Origin: Octopus sinensis
Lineage: Eukaryota
Assembly: GCF_006345805.1 (NCBI RefSeq)
Contig: NC_042997.1
Coordinates: forward strand, 30,194,001 to 30,258,000
DNA length: 64,000 bases
Direction: 5' to 3'
In this document: piece by piece, positions 1 to 12,614 of the stretch
Numbering within the stretch: position 1 is the first letter of the stretch
Layout of the letters: every line of letters begins with the position of its first letter
Position numbers and translations under genes: made by a program
Notes under the pieces: generated by a model
Seen by the model: only the letters and a program-made list of their open reading frames with translations
What the model was told of the DNA's origin: nothing
Databases searched by the model: none

Positions 1-139
1 TGCCACTTGCCGCAACAAATTTGCACAGAAGGGGGGTGGTCAATGTTTCATCGTTTCGGGGTCGATAAATTAAGTACCAATTACGCACTGGTGTCGAGGA
101 TTTTTTTCCCAATTTATATCACAGCTTCCGACAAGCTGG

Positions 140-565
140 GGGCATCCTTTTATGAAAAAATATTTCGCAAATTTTTACAATACTACTAACACTCCACGCG
201 CAAACTCGAGACCGATTTAGGCATATTATTGTTTTGTTTTTGTTGTTTCTGGCCCTTCAAAACCATGGGAGAAGCCTTTTCGGTAAAAAAAAAATAAAGA
301 AAATATTAAAAAAATATCGTTAATATTTTTATTGGGCGACGAAATTAATCGATTTAAGAAGAAGAGGTAAATAATTTGAGCTCGAATGCTGCGATTTCAT
401 TGGTTAAAATTCTTAAAATTAAACTACGCTTAAGTTACGAATTACAATTTTGTTTTCAATTTTGTTTACAAATAATGTTTTCTTTTTTGACACATTCTAC
501 CAGTATACGAAGTTTCAAATTTTTTAGTTAACTAGGAAAATCTGGCCTTCAAAAAGAAAAGATCC
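140..565. repeat. Unclassified interspersed repeat (possible non-autonomous DNA element), copy 1
   Basis: 3' part CACATTCTACCAGTATACGAAGTTT...AAAGATCC (491-565) recurs at 18531-18614; weak GG(C)ATCCTTTT / AAAAGATCC terminal symmetry. Confidence 0.4.
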
Positions 566-720
566 CCGGTGCATAGATAGAGAGGGAAGATTTGGTATTT
601 CGGGTTGATGTTTGTGGGGTATTGGTCTAGGTGTTTGCTTACACACATACACGCGCGCGCACAAATATATATATGTGTGTGTGAGTGTGTGTGTGTGTGT
701 ATGTCTGTATTTGTGTGTTT

Positions 721-875
721 GTATTTGTGTGTTTGCCCCCACCATCGCTTGACAACCGATGCTGGTGTGTTTACGTCCCCATAAGTTAGCGGTTCGGCAT
801 AAGACTCGATACAATAAGTACTAGACTTACAAAGTATAATTCCTGGGGTCCATTTTTCGACAAAAAGGTGGTGCT
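721..875 (+). mobile_element. 3' fragment of SINE family A
   Basis: Matches the 3' half of full copies (GCTTGACAACCGATGCTGGTGTGTTTACGTCCCC...AATAAGTACT) at 9619-10044. Confidence 0.7.
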
Positions 876-1661
876 ACACACTAATAAACATACGCATATA
901 ATCATATATATATATATAGAGAGTGTGTATTTGTACGTATGTGTGAGTGTAAGTGTGTATGTGTGTGTGTGTGGTGTGTGTGTGTGTGTGTGTGCGTGTC
1001 TGTGTTTCTGTGCGTGTGCATATATATGATCATATGTGCGTGGACTGTGCGTGGCGTCTTGCTGTCAAGCATTTCTCATTTGACGTTTCAATCTGTCAGA
1101 CAAGAACATCAGCTCTGGGTTAAGATGTTTTTGTGTTTTAAATAAATCGTGTTACCTTTTGAATGTGTGTATGTGTGTGTGTGTTAGTTTGTGTGTTCGT
1201 TTATTTGTATGTTTGTGTGTTTGTTTGTGTGTTTGTGCGTGATGGGGTGGGTATCTGTGGAAATTCTTACTTCGTCGCAGCTGCCGCACGATATCTTAAG
1301 GCAACATTACTCCTCATCAAAAATACTATGACTCATGTATTTACCGAAAGAGACTAACAACACGAGTTTTGTAAATGATTACTAAATCATCAACATGACC
1401 GAGATAAAGTCATTACACAGACAAAATTTTAGTCAAATAAATCTCTGACAAATCTTCATGGTGGCCAAACATTCATACGCACATAATTCACATAGTGAAA
1501 ACTACAAAACTATCCTAGCTATCTTTACAGGAAAACGAGATACTTAAGCATAATTACGTGTTAACTCTTTTAGAACCTCAAATAAACCCATTTCCTTTGC
1601 TAGAATACTATCTATACCTTAGAGAGAAGCTTGTACTAAATCTAACATGCAATATATATTT

Positions 1662-1868
1662 CGTTATTGCCCACAATGGGCTAAACACAGAGGGGACAAA
1701 CAAGGACAGACAAACGGATTAAGTCGATTAAATCGACCCCAGTGCGTAATTGGTACTTTATTTATCGACCCCGAAAGGATGAAAGGCAAAGTCGACCTCG
1801 GCGGAATTTGAACTCAGAACGTAACGACAGACGAAATACTGCTAAGCATTTCGCCCGGCGTGCTAACG
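1662..1868 (-). mobile_element. SINE family B (tRNA-derived head), 5' end slightly truncated
   Basis: Reverse complement of 1997-2225; B-box-like GAGTTCAAATTCC on minus strand. Confidence 0.85.
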
Positions 1869-1996
1869 TGTCTAGGCCGCATAAGGGGATCCAGATAAAA
1901 ATAGTTTCTGATTCGAGCACAAAGCCAGCAACTTTGAGCCTGGAATTTGGTCGATGCCATCGACCCTACTATCTGACTTATTTTATCGATCCTGAA

Positions 1997-2225
1997 AGGC
2001 GGCGAGCTGGCAGAATCGTTAGCACGCCGGGCGAAATGCTTAGCGGTATTTCGTCTGCCGATACGTTCTGAGTTCAAATTCCGCCGAGGTCAGCTTTGCC
2101 GTTCATCCTTTCGGGGTCGATAAATTAAGTACCAGTTACGCACTGGGGTCGATATAATCAGCTTAATCCCTTTGTCTGTCCTTGGTTGTCCCCTCTGTGT
2201 GTAGCGCCTTGGGTAGTAAGAAATA
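1997..2225 (+). mobile_element. SINE family B, full length
   Basis: GGCGGCGAGCTGGCAGAATCG (A-box-like)...GAGTTCAAATTCCGCC (B-box-like); same family at 31765-31989. Confidence 0.85.
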
Positions 2226-3351
2226 TATATTTATTTTATCCATCCTGGAATAAAACGTAAAGTTCATTCTAATGGTATTTGCATTCAGAAGAATTACTGA
2301 AAAGCATTTCATTAGACACACGATTTAGTCAATCCGCTCAACACATCTCTCTAACAGTATAAAAGATTTCCTTCCACAACACTAAAAGCGCAATCTTAGT
2401 CTCAGACAGCGTGATCTCTCAATTTTTTACCTCGTTATTAATTTTCCCGTGAAATTTGATTCATCTTCATCCTTCTAAAACTCTACATACGTTCATATTT
2501 TTGTTTCAAATATTCAACAGCCCAATTATCACTCAAGACAAGTTCACGTTATCACAGTTACACTTTCTTTTTTAATACAGGTTTTGCACTTCTCTTTTTC
2601 AACATTATTCTTCAACTCTACTGCATGTGAGCAACATCGCAGGAAATTATTAAATACTCGAACTTTACATAAAACCTTTAACTTCATTACCTACACAGTT
2701 AAGCATTTTAAAAATTTGAGAAGATTTTACAACCTAAATAAGATAGAATTTTAGATCCCCTTAAGTGGTCTAATCAATAAGTATCTAGACTGTTGCCATA
2801 GTAACGAAGCTAAAGCGTGCAGAGTAAGGCCGCTTGGTGCAGATTGACCTTGAACTCTGCTATGCATAATGCGTTTGTTTCGTATATCTTCGTTCCGTTT
2901 GCCCATGGGAACCTGCATTTATTATAAATGTGTGTGTTTGTGTGTGTGTATCTATAAAAAGAATACTGTGAACATGCTGTGAGGAACTGTGGAAATCTAA
3001 CGCTTTGGAAAGAGTCCTTCTTCAGAGAGAAAGTTGAAAGGAGATAAATTAATAAAGGGCAGCCGACTTCTACATCCTCTTAGCTAAGAAAAATATCTGG
3101 CAGCAACTGACAAAGAACGCAGGACCATGTGAGCTTCAGTTGCAGCCAGTATTTTTTAATGTAATATTCTGCTGTCTCATAAATTTCTCTCCTTTTTATC
3201 CTTTCCCTTGAAGACGGTGGATTGTCCAAAATGGTGGATTTTTTATTTGCTCTTACAGCAAGTTCAGTGTATTCTCTTTATCGATTTTACTATATTATAT
3301 AAGTCTTGCCGTCGCAGACCAACACCAGCTTCTTTGCAGTCTGTTTGTACA

Positions 3352-3499
<148 letters not shown>

Positions 3500-4395
3500 T
3501 GGTGAGTTTAGAGCTTCGTGTAAAGTATCATCATTTAGTTTGCTTCCATTATATGGTGTGGTTACAACTGTACTCAGTATTATGACTGATTAATTATGAC
3601 ATATTGACCAAATGTAGGAGACATCATGATAAACAGAAGTTTATATTATTTGTTCCCTACGTATGTTTCCCCATTGTGCTTATTTGCAACCTCTGATTTG
3701 GTTGTTCCAAGAGCTATTGGGTGCTGAATCACAACAGATCATCGGGGTGGGGGCACTTTATGACATCATGTTACAGAGATCAAATGCCGTATATATGTGT
3801 ATATAGGGTGTTGATGAAACGTCCTGCTTTGAGTAAAGAAATATAGCAGGAGTTAATACAATTTTTGTCACGTGTACCCTCAAGTGCACTCACTATTGCA
3901 GCACCCTTCAGTTTTTTACTCTGTTAAAAGACTCGAGAATATTGATAGGCTTTTCACGACACCCTTTTCTTTTTACCCCAGACTACATTATTTAGTGCGG
4001 CCTTCCGTTTTCTCTGAGTAGCATGTTGTATTACTGGAGTTGGATCTCCTTACTGTGCGTTTGCTGTTGATTTTTTAGTCCGAATCGGTAATTTGGTGAG
4101 AGTTATTGAATCCGAAAGCATGCCGTATTTTTAGTGATTAAACGGACTATATTACACAATGTTACATTCCTGTTTCAAAAGGTTAGTAAGTTTTTTTGAG
4201 AGATATTTGTGTGCTATCTCTAGCAGGTGTAGCAATTTCCAGAAGCTCTAAATCTCCTGATTTAGTGGGGGAGAACACCTTGTCATTCTCTGTGTCAGAA
4301 ATTCAATAAGTCAATAACTAACCAGATGGAAACCTATAATGAACGGTATTAAAATTGTTCTTTAATCTCGATATAAAATACGCTATATATGTATT

Positions 4396-4599
4396 CAGTA
4401 ATTCCTCGACTATCGCGTATGTAACGTTCTAAAAAACCCGCGATAGGTGAAAATCCGCGAAGTAGAAACAGTACTGTACTGTATTTATTAATATTATTTT
4501 TATAATATTTATATATTTATTTTATTATAAATGCAAAACAACACTACGGAAGAATCGACGTAAGCTTAAAATGAACCGCGATATGCTGAGGGACTACCG
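4396..4599. mobile_element. pogo/Tigger-like MITE
   Basis: Imperfect TIRs CAGTAATTCCTCGACTATCGCG / CGCGATATGCTGAGGGACTACCG; CAGTA(A/G)TCCCTC start is typical of Tigger-type TIRs; AT-rich noncoding interior. Confidence 0.6.
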
Positions 4600-4613
4600 T
4601 GTGTGTGTGTATG

Positions 4614-4645
<32 letters not shown>

Positions 4646-4651
<6 letters not shown>

Positions 4652-5090
4652 CAAAATAAGCAACAAGGATAACCAAGGTAGTTAGTACAATCGTTTCATG
4701 CTACTTCATTTAATTATATATAGACAGAGAGGTTCATTTCCTCATTAAGAACATGGTAGTAGAAGGCCCTTCTCCATGGGCAGATGAAATTAACCTCTCT
4801 GTCTATATATCTACCCTCTTTGTAATGTTGGCAAATGGAATAAATATAAAAATGAACATTGTGTATATAATTAAAAAATTCTATATGTGGCTGAAGAGTG
4901 CTCTACATTTTAACACTGTTTTACATTGTTTAATTAAATGAAGTAGCATGAAACGATTGTACTACACTACCTTGGATATCCTTGTTGCTTATTTTGATTA
5001 TAATCACCCTATTTGATTTATATGGATAATACCATACGAGATTCTGGTGCCTTTAACTTAAGTACCATATTCATCTGAATCTAAATTTTG
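4646..5090 (+). mobile_element. Penelope-like pseudo-LTR fragment with inverted 5' end
   Basis: 4646-4716 is an inverted copy of 4931-5002 (1 mismatch, 1 indel); contains a hammerhead motif; flanked by (TA)n. Confidence 0.65.
4886..4966 (+). ncRNA. Type I hammerhead ribozyme motif (canonical core)
   Basis: Stem I TGTGG/CTACA, core CTGAAGA, stem II GTGCT/AGCAT with extended arm, GAAA, stem III AC/GT with GATT loop, GUA cleavage triplet. Confidence 0.75.
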
Positions 5091-5098
5091 CTGAACTT

Positions 5099-5137
<39 letters not shown>

Positions 5138-5142
<5 letters not shown>

Positions 5143-5345
5143 ATCCAAACAAGAAAGCACAAAAAAAAACAGAAACAACGCGAGGACATGGAACAAATAT
5201 AGTATCATTGGACGCCCAGGAAAGAAGGAAGGAAGGAGGGTTTAACGTTTCGAGCGGAGCTCTTCGTCGGAAACATAGGGGAAGGAAAGACCCAGAGAAG
5301 GGAAGACAGAGGAAAAAAATCGCCAACGGTATACACGAGGTCACA
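5138..5345 (-). mobile_element. PLE-type pLTR repeat, family H1, copy 1
   Basis: Reverse complement of 6748-6950; abuts (TA)n; minimal hammerhead-like motif at 5240-5274. Confidence 0.65.
5240..5274 (-). ncRNA. Minimal hammerhead-like motif (U4C core variant)
   Basis: GTTT-CCGACGA-A-GAGC-TCC-GCTC-GAAA-C-GTT-AAAC on minus strand. Confidence 0.5.
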
Positions 5346-6747
5346 TTAGTGGTTTTATCTCTAATTTAATATATATATTTATACTGTAAAATTAGATTTA
5401 AAGTAAGTTTGGATTTATTCCCTAATATTGTTATTATATATATATATATATATACTGAAAGGAATTTCAGTGTCATTTGTAGGAAACAAAAAAAAACACG
5501 TATAGCCCCTTTGTTGGCCAACGTGCAAATAAAGACAAACGCGTCAGCATATTTAGAGGAGTAACCCCTATTTCTCGTGTGGGTGATTTTCCTCATAACT
5601 GCGACTTCTTACTGTCCGCTTCTATACCTTACTCTGTGTAACCCGGTTTCTCGTCTTATTCTTTAACCCCAATATTCTGGCATTCAGTCAGTCTATCTCT
5701 CTTTCTTTCTGGTTCAGTTATCCTCGCCCCACCTCTTTTTTCCGTTGTAAACAACTTGGAAATGGCGTCAATATCATATTCCATAAGTTCAACAACCTCT
5801 CCCAAAACAAAATAATATCAATATTAAGATATTTATCCAACAGCAATCCGTCAGTACGGAGTAATGAAAAGAATGTTTCCTTTTAACATGTGTATGAGTG
5901 TGTGTATGTGTGTGTAAGTGCGCTTCTGCGTGTGTGTATGTGTGTGTAAGTGCGCTTCTGCGTGTGTGTATGTGTGTGTTATGTTTATATGTATGTGCAT
6001 ATATGTATGTATATGTACATATATGTACATATGTGTGTATTGTGTGTATGTGGGTTTATTTGTGTATACATATATGCGTGTGTGTGTATTATATTTATAT
6101 ATATATAACTGCCGCTATGTACATTTATGCATATATGTATATGTGTGTGTGTTGTGTGCATGTGTATATACATAAGTGCGTGTGTCTGTTTATCATATAT
6201 ATATATATATATATATATATTTGTATATATAACTGTCGCTATGTACATGTATGCATATATGTATGTACGTATAATTAAAACGGTGGATTGCACATTGTCT
6301 AGACCGTCGGTTTTATATTATCCACTCCGGCTATGTGCAATCTAGTTCAAATCCTGCTGACGTCAAATTTGCCCCTCGCCCCTTTAGAGCAGATAAATGA
6401 GCTACTAGTCTGTACTAGAGTCTATTCTTCTTTCCGTCTTTCTTTTTAACGCTGAAAATCCGAGATCGTCTTCTGGCATTGAAAGGAAGAAGCTTCGCTA
6501 AGTTTAAATGCATTTGATACACGTAGGTTTCTCTACGAATGTCGCAAGAGTTGAGGTTTCAAAGAAAGATATATCTATGTGAGTGTGTGAAAGAGAGACA
6601 GCGAGAGAAAGAAAGCGGGAGAGAGTATGAGTATTAATGTGTGTATGCGTGTGTATGTGTGTATGTGTGTATGCGTGTGTATGTGTGTATGTGTGTGTGT
6701 GTACAAGAAAGATATATATATATATTATATATATATATATATATATA

Positions 6748-6946
6748 TGACCGCGTGTGTACCGTTGGCGATTTTTTTTCCTCTGTCTTCCCTTCTCTGG
6801 ATCTTTCCTTCTCCTATGTTTCCGACGAAGAGCTCCACTCGAAACGTTAAACCCTCCTTCTTTCCTTCTTTCCTGAGCGTCCAATAATACTATATTTGTT
6901 CCACGTCCTCGCGTTGTTGTGTTTTTTTGTGCTTTCTTGTTTGGAT

Positions 6947-6950
<4 letters not shown>
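6748..6950 (+). mobile_element. PLE-type pLTR repeat, family H1, copy 2
   Basis: Inverted copy of 5138-5345, between two (TA)n tracts. Confidence 0.65.
6818..6852 (+). ncRNA. Minimal hammerhead-like motif (U4C core variant)
   Basis: GTTT-CCGACGA-A-GAGC-TCC-ACTC-GAAA-C-GTT-AAAC; one stem II mismatch relative to the 5240 copy. Confidence 0.45.
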
Positions 6951-6986
<36 letters not shown>

Positions 6987-7285
6987 TTTTTAGCTATACA
7001 TGATGTACTATCAATTTCACATCTTTAATAAAAGGTAGCATAACTGACACATTAAATTGAATTTCCAGCCCAACGTGGATGCTGTCTTTGGACACAGAAT
7101 ACTGCGTTATTTCCCATGAGAGGATCTCTAATATGGAATCGTGGCGCATAAAAGCACTCGTGTGTATATCGTTCTCGGGCGATAATTGTCTGCTACGGGC
7201 CAGAACTCGTGCCCGTAGCGGACAATTATCTTTACGTGCCAGATCTCATGCTTAAGCATCTAATAGAACACTAAGACTCACGTGT

Positions 7286-7500
7286 GGAGGTGCGTGGCTT
7301 AGTGGTTAGATTGTTGGACTCTTGATCGTAAGATTGTGGTTTCCATTCTTGAACGTGCGATGCGTTGTGTTCTTGAGCAAAACACTTCATTTCACGTTGC
7401 TCCAGTCCACTCAGCTGGCAAAAATGAGTGATTCTGCGACAGATCGGCGTCCTGTCAAGGTGAGGAATATATACGCCGGGAATCCGGCCCTTATGAATCG
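7286..7500 (+). mobile_element. SINE family C (tRNA head + CORE-like central domain), diverged
   Basis: GTGGCTTAGTGGTTAG A-box; TTGAGCAAAACACTTCATTTCACGTTGCTCCAGTCCACTCAGCTGGCAAAAATGAGT shared with 32792 and 40614 copies. Confidence 0.8.
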
Positions 7501-8570
7501 GTATGATACGAGATCAAACTTTACCTGTCTTTTTTTTTTTAATCCCTCACGTAACTTAACCATCATACTGCTTCGCCTAATCTACTTGTCCTCCTTTTTC
7601 AATTTTTTCTCCTTGCCAGGTGTGTTTTGCAGATAGTTTAACGGTGTTACTATAAGCACTAAATTGGACCAAAAATTGTGCAAGACAATTTGTAAATCAT
7701 TTTATGAAATATATTTTTGCCTAGTTCTGTGGATATATTTCCTTGTGCACGTCGGCATCGCTGCACTTACCTGACAGCAAGTTTGCAGATTCCTCTCTTA
7801 CAAAACTTAGGTTCACCCTGCCCTTTCATTGATTTCCACGATATCTGATACCCGCATCAGCTTCTTCAATAATACCATATTTCAACAATCGTGTATTTTA
7901 ACTCCTATTTCTACAATCTCTCTACAAACATATAAAACCAGTTGTCTCATTTTCTACGTGTATTACTCTTACTCTGTCAGTTTTGCAACACTGATTCTGA
8001 TTCTATTCCAACTATGAAGAAATGTAGCACATCATCAGTACATTTCTCATTGGGTTGTGGATCTCGCAAACGCAACCACACCATCAACCTAACAGAGCTT
8101 TCCTACCTTCTAAGCGCACCTACAATCAGGATCTCGTTCTTCTTAAACTAGCACTTCTGGTGAAACTTACACTCCTTCACAACATATATTTCTACTCGCT
8201 GGACTCTATAATTCCCTACAACCTCTGCTCTCCAAAACCTTCATAATCACTAAAAAATGTTCAGTCTTCTAGTTAGACACTTTCAAGTATGCTGGCTATA
8301 TGTTCTACATTTGTTTCTATGCCAGTAACTACATAATCATCAGCTCTGAATCCCTATGATAACTCACCCAAAACTTTATCAGCTTACTTGAGGTAGTTTC
8401 TAAATAAACTTCTCTTAAAAAGTACCAATATTCCACCGTTTCGTTTCGTCGCTCGCGCTCATACACACGCACACATGCACATGGATTTCCCTTTTCTCTG
8501 TATGAGTATACGCGTGTATCAGTATATATCTATATATCTATATATTCACACACACATACACACACACACA

Positions 8571-8795
8571 TACTCTTTACTCTTTTTACTCTTTTACTTG
8601 TTTCAGTCATTTGACTGCGGCCATGCTGGAGCACCGCTTTTAGTTGAGCAAATCGACCCCGGGACTTATTCTTTGTAAGCCCAGTACTTATTCTATCGGT
8701 CTCTTTTGCCGAACCGCTAAGTTACGGGAACGTGAACACACCAGCATCGGTTGTCAAGCAATGCTAGAGGGACAAACACAGACACACAAACACAT

Positions 8796-8870
<75 letters not shown>

Positions 8871-9035
8871 TACGACAGGCTTCTTTCAGTTTCCGTCTAC
8901 CAAATCCACTCACAAGGCATTGGTCGGCCGGGGCTATAGCAGAAGACACTTGCCCAAGATGCCACGCAGTGGGACTGAACCCGGAACCATGTGGTTGGTT
9001 AGCAAGCTACTTACCACACAGCCACTCCTGCGCCT
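8571..9035 (-). mobile_element. SINE family A, full length
   Basis: Minus strand AGGCGCAGGAGTGGCTGTGTGGTAAG...GGGTTCAGTCCC (A/B boxes), internal CA/TA microsatellite, tail of GTAAAAGA-type units. Confidence 0.9.
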
Positions 9036-9618
9036 ATATATATATATATATTAACAGTTAAATATTGACATACATCCTCCTTTTAATCATATATATGGAT
9101 AAAAAGTAGGGTATCTATAAATAAATAATTTACATTTAGATACTGGTTACGGAGTAAGATTTACCTACTAGCACGTCCTTTAAAGCTAAAAATATATGCC
9201 TTTAGTTATTTAGTTTTGTTGTGAAAATAGAGTGATAACACTTAAAATAAACAAGTGCAGATTAAACGATGACAGATGATGTGATCTGCGAAACAGAAAT
9301 CGCATGAAGCCAGTCCCCACTTCCGATGAGACACTCCATCTGGGCACATTCAAACCTATCATTGCCGTCTGAAACTATGATGCGTTTTTTTTTTCTGACC
9401 AGATATTTGGATTTCTAAGTTTGTGACGCAATATTACGGGAGTCAAATGTTTAGAATACGCATAAAACGAACATTTTAGATAAGAGAAGTCAAAAATAAC
9501 AAACAGAAGTATGATAGTTGAACTGTATTAGAGCAAGCTATTTATTTACTACACCTGTATGTTGTGTATATAAATATATATATATATATACATACAAATA
9601 TTCTATAATTATAAACAT

Positions 9619-9792
9619 AGGTGCAGGAGTGGTTGTGTGGTAAATAGCTTGCTAACCAACCACATGGCTCCGGGTTCAGTCCCACTGCGTGGCATCTTGG
9701 GCAAGTGTCTTCTGCTATAGCCCCGGGCCGACCAATGCCTTGTGAGTGGATTAGGTTGACAGAAACTGAAAGAAGCCCGTCATATATGTGTG

Positions 9793-9829
<37 letters not shown>

Positions 9830-10044
9830 TTGTGTGTCCGTGTTTGTCCCCCTAGCATTGCTTGACAACCGATGCTGGTGTGTTTACGTCCCCGTCACTT
9901 AGCGGTTCGGCAAAATAGACCGATAGAATAAGTACTGGGCTTACAAAGAATAAGTCCCGGGGTCGATTTGCTCGACTAAAGGCGGTGCTCCAGCATGGCC
10001 GCAGTCAAATGACCGAAACAAGTAAAAGAGAAAGAGAAAGAGAG
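9619..10044 (+). mobile_element. SINE family A, full length
   Basis: Inverted copy of 8571-9035. Confidence 0.9.
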
Positions 10045-10072
10045 ATAATTATAATTAGGGGTCAGCTAATTT

Positions 10073-10212
10073 CTTCACCACGCACCGAATTTAGAAATAA
10101 GAGTTAAAATTCCTTTACTGCTACCATAAAAAGTATGTTACTATCTGCGAGATCTTTACGGTGGTAGAAAAGGAATTTTAACTCCTATTTCTAAATTCGG
10201 TGCGTGGTGAAG
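10073..10212. repeat. Foldback inverted repeat (58-bp arms, 24-bp spacer)
   Basis: 10073-10130 vs 10155-10212, 53/58 complementary. Confidence 0.85.
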
Positions 10213-10368
10213 CCTAATCATAATTATGTTTATAATTATAAATATGTGTATAATTTTACCTAAAAATGATATTTTAACGTACCGATCTACTTGGTAAAAT
10301 TATAAATTAATCGATTAATTAATTAATTAATTAGTTAATTAATATTACCCTTTTATTATTAATATATG

Positions 10369-10434
<66 letters not shown>

Positions 10435-10435
<1 letters not shown>

Positions 10436-12024
10436 GGAAAGTGAAGACCACAAATTCAGTCGTGTTAGATGTTGACACAGTCATAAGAGAGCTTGAGCAA
10501 GAACAAACATACAAATATTTAGGGATAAATGAAGGCTCTGGTATTCAGCATGCAAGCATGAAAGAGAAGATCAGGAAGGAATGTTATAGGAGAGTTCGTG
10601 CAGTCCTGAAATCTGAACTAAATGCACGTAACAAGGTGTTAGCTATAAATTCCTTAGCAGTTCCAGTTGTTACTTATAGCTACAATGTGTTGAACTGGAA
10701 TATGAGTGAAGTAAAGAATATAGATAGAAAAATACGCAAGCTGCTGAGTTGTAATAGGATGCACCACCCAAAGGCAGACGTAGATCGCCTTTACCTTCCC
10801 AGAGCCCAAGGAGGTCGAGGCCTGATCCAATTTGAACTAGCTTACAAAACAACCACAATTGGACTGGCCAAATATCTCGAAATATCGAATGACTGGATGC
10901 TAAAGCTCGTGGAAAATCACGAGAGACGAAAGAAGCTTCATTCTATCATCAAGGAAAGCAAAGAATTTGCTATTGATCTCGTGCAGGATACCCAAATGAA
11001 CAACCCGAGGGAAGTACGGCAACTATTGTTGCAAAGAAGGTGAAAATGATGGCAATGAAAAAAGCGCACGAGCAATTGGCTGATAGGTGGGAGGGAGAAA
11101 CCTCTGCACGGCAAATATGTGACCCGCAGCAAACAAGCTGATGTTGACCAGAAGCAAACCCATCAGTGGCTGCGGAGCTCAGGGCTAAAAGCATAGAGCG
11201 AAGTTTCATCCTGGCTGCTCAAGACAAAGCCTATTAACCCGGAACTACCAGGCCAATGTGATGAAAAATGGAGCAGACCCAAAATGCCGATTCTGCAAGG
11301 ACATGATTGAAACAGTGGACCACCTAATCTCTGGATGTAAGTCTTAGCACCAGTGGAGTATAAATTAAGACATGACAGAGTTGGCCAATATCTCCACTGG
11401 CTAATAAGTCAGCATTACAATATCAAAACTGCCGACAAGTGGTATAATCACCACCCTGAGGCTGTAAGTGAAGGAGAAAATGTAACCATTCTGTGGGACT
11501 TTCCAGTACATACAGACCGAACCATCAAGGCCATAAACCAGATATTGTTGTGAAAGACCAAACAATAAAGTTTGCTTATTGATCGACATGAGCATCCCCT
11601 GTGATCATAATACTCAGCGAAAGAGTTTGACAAGCTCAGAAAATATAAAGACCTACTCATTGAAATTGAGAAAATGTGGCATCTCAAGGCGGTTACAATA
11701 CCAGTGATCGTAGGAGTACTAGGAATGATAAAGAAGGGAACCGAAAATTATATGAGACTGATCCCTGGCTTACCATCCCTGCAAGAAGTGCAAAAGATTG
11801 TCTTAACTGGTACATCACACGTATTGAGAAGAGCATTGTCGATGTGAGAACTGTTGCTGCTCATGTATTTTAATTTAACTTTAAAAAAAAAAAAAAAAAA
11901 AAATGAACGAACTACTGAGTTTGGTTAATGGCCTACCAATATACACTATGAGTTTCTTTGCCTAGGAGTCGGGAAGACACTCGGCAGAAGAAATGGAAGA
12001 AAATTTGAAAGAAGAAAAAAAAAG
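10435..12024 (+). mobile_element. R4/Dong-like non-LTR retrotransposon, 5'-truncated, frameshifted (family X)
   Basis: RT C-terminus (YKYLG, NARNKVLAINSLAVP, DRLYLPRAQGGRGL), CCHC knuckle CRFCKDMIETVDHLISGC (11283-11339), RHD motif, RLE domain (WDFPVHTDRTIKA, IDMSIP, KYKDL, PVIVGVLG), 3' UTR; (AAT)n on both sides. Confidence 0.9.
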
Positions 12025-12040
12025 AATAATAATAATAATG

Positions 12041-12087
<47 letters not shown>

Positions 12088-12088
<1 letters not shown>

Positions 12089-12305
12089 TTCAGACAAATA
12101 CATAACAAATACATAACAAAAACACCAGGACTTACAAGCACATATAACATACAGAAAATTGCACTACTAGGCACTGCACACATCCTACGCAGAACACTTT
12201 CCATACAATAACCATCAGAGCATCACAACAAATCACAGCACATACCCAAGGCACACAGAGCTGCGCTCGGTAGTGAAATGAAAGCACGCTATAAAAATAA
12301 AACTA

Positions 12306-12310
<5 letters not shown>
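12088..12310 (+). mobile_element. 3' end of Dong-like LINE family Y
   Basis: KYITKTPGL...QKIALLGTAHILRRTLS plus 3' UTR ending CTACTGAA(TAA)n; same end at 46994, 58341, 60938, 63673. Confidence 0.85.
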
Positions 12311-12372
<62 letters not shown>

Positions 12373-12395
12373 TAATAATGATGATGATAATAATA

Positions 12396-12539
12396 AAATA
12401 CAAATTTTATAAATACATATTTTATCTGTGAATTTGCGCGTGTAATCTGGGAATGCATACAATGCCCTTCTCTGCCCTAGGTGTATGGAAAACACTCGAC
12501 GAGAAACGGAAGAAAATTTGAAGAAAGAAGGAAAAAACA
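12396..12539 (+). mobile_element. 3' UTR fragment of a family-X-related LINE
   Basis: CCTAGG..GGAA.ACACTCG..GAAA.GGAAGAAAATTTGAA resembles 11960-12024; (AAT)n on both sides. Confidence 0.6.
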
Positions 12540-12576
12540 TAATAATAATAAGAATAATAATAATAATAATAATAAC

Positions 12577-12614
<38 letters not shown>

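Noticed and set aside
2995-3240. Two hammerhead-like relics (minus strand CTGAAGAAGGA..TCCAAAGCG near 3000-3027; plus strand TTGAAGACGGTGGATTGTCCA near 3205-3230)
   Set aside because: GAAA core absent or mutated and stems incomplete; at best decayed pLTR remnants.
8050-8420. Possible Gypsy RT on the minus strand (ADDYVVTG...EH; KC*FKKNEI)
   Set aside because: Motif spacing is inconsistent with RT domains and the pieces lie in different frames with many stops.
11884-11902. A-tract as the poly(A) end of LINE family X
   Set aside because: Family-related 3' UTR sequence continues to 12024, where the (AAT)n array begins; the A-tract is internal.
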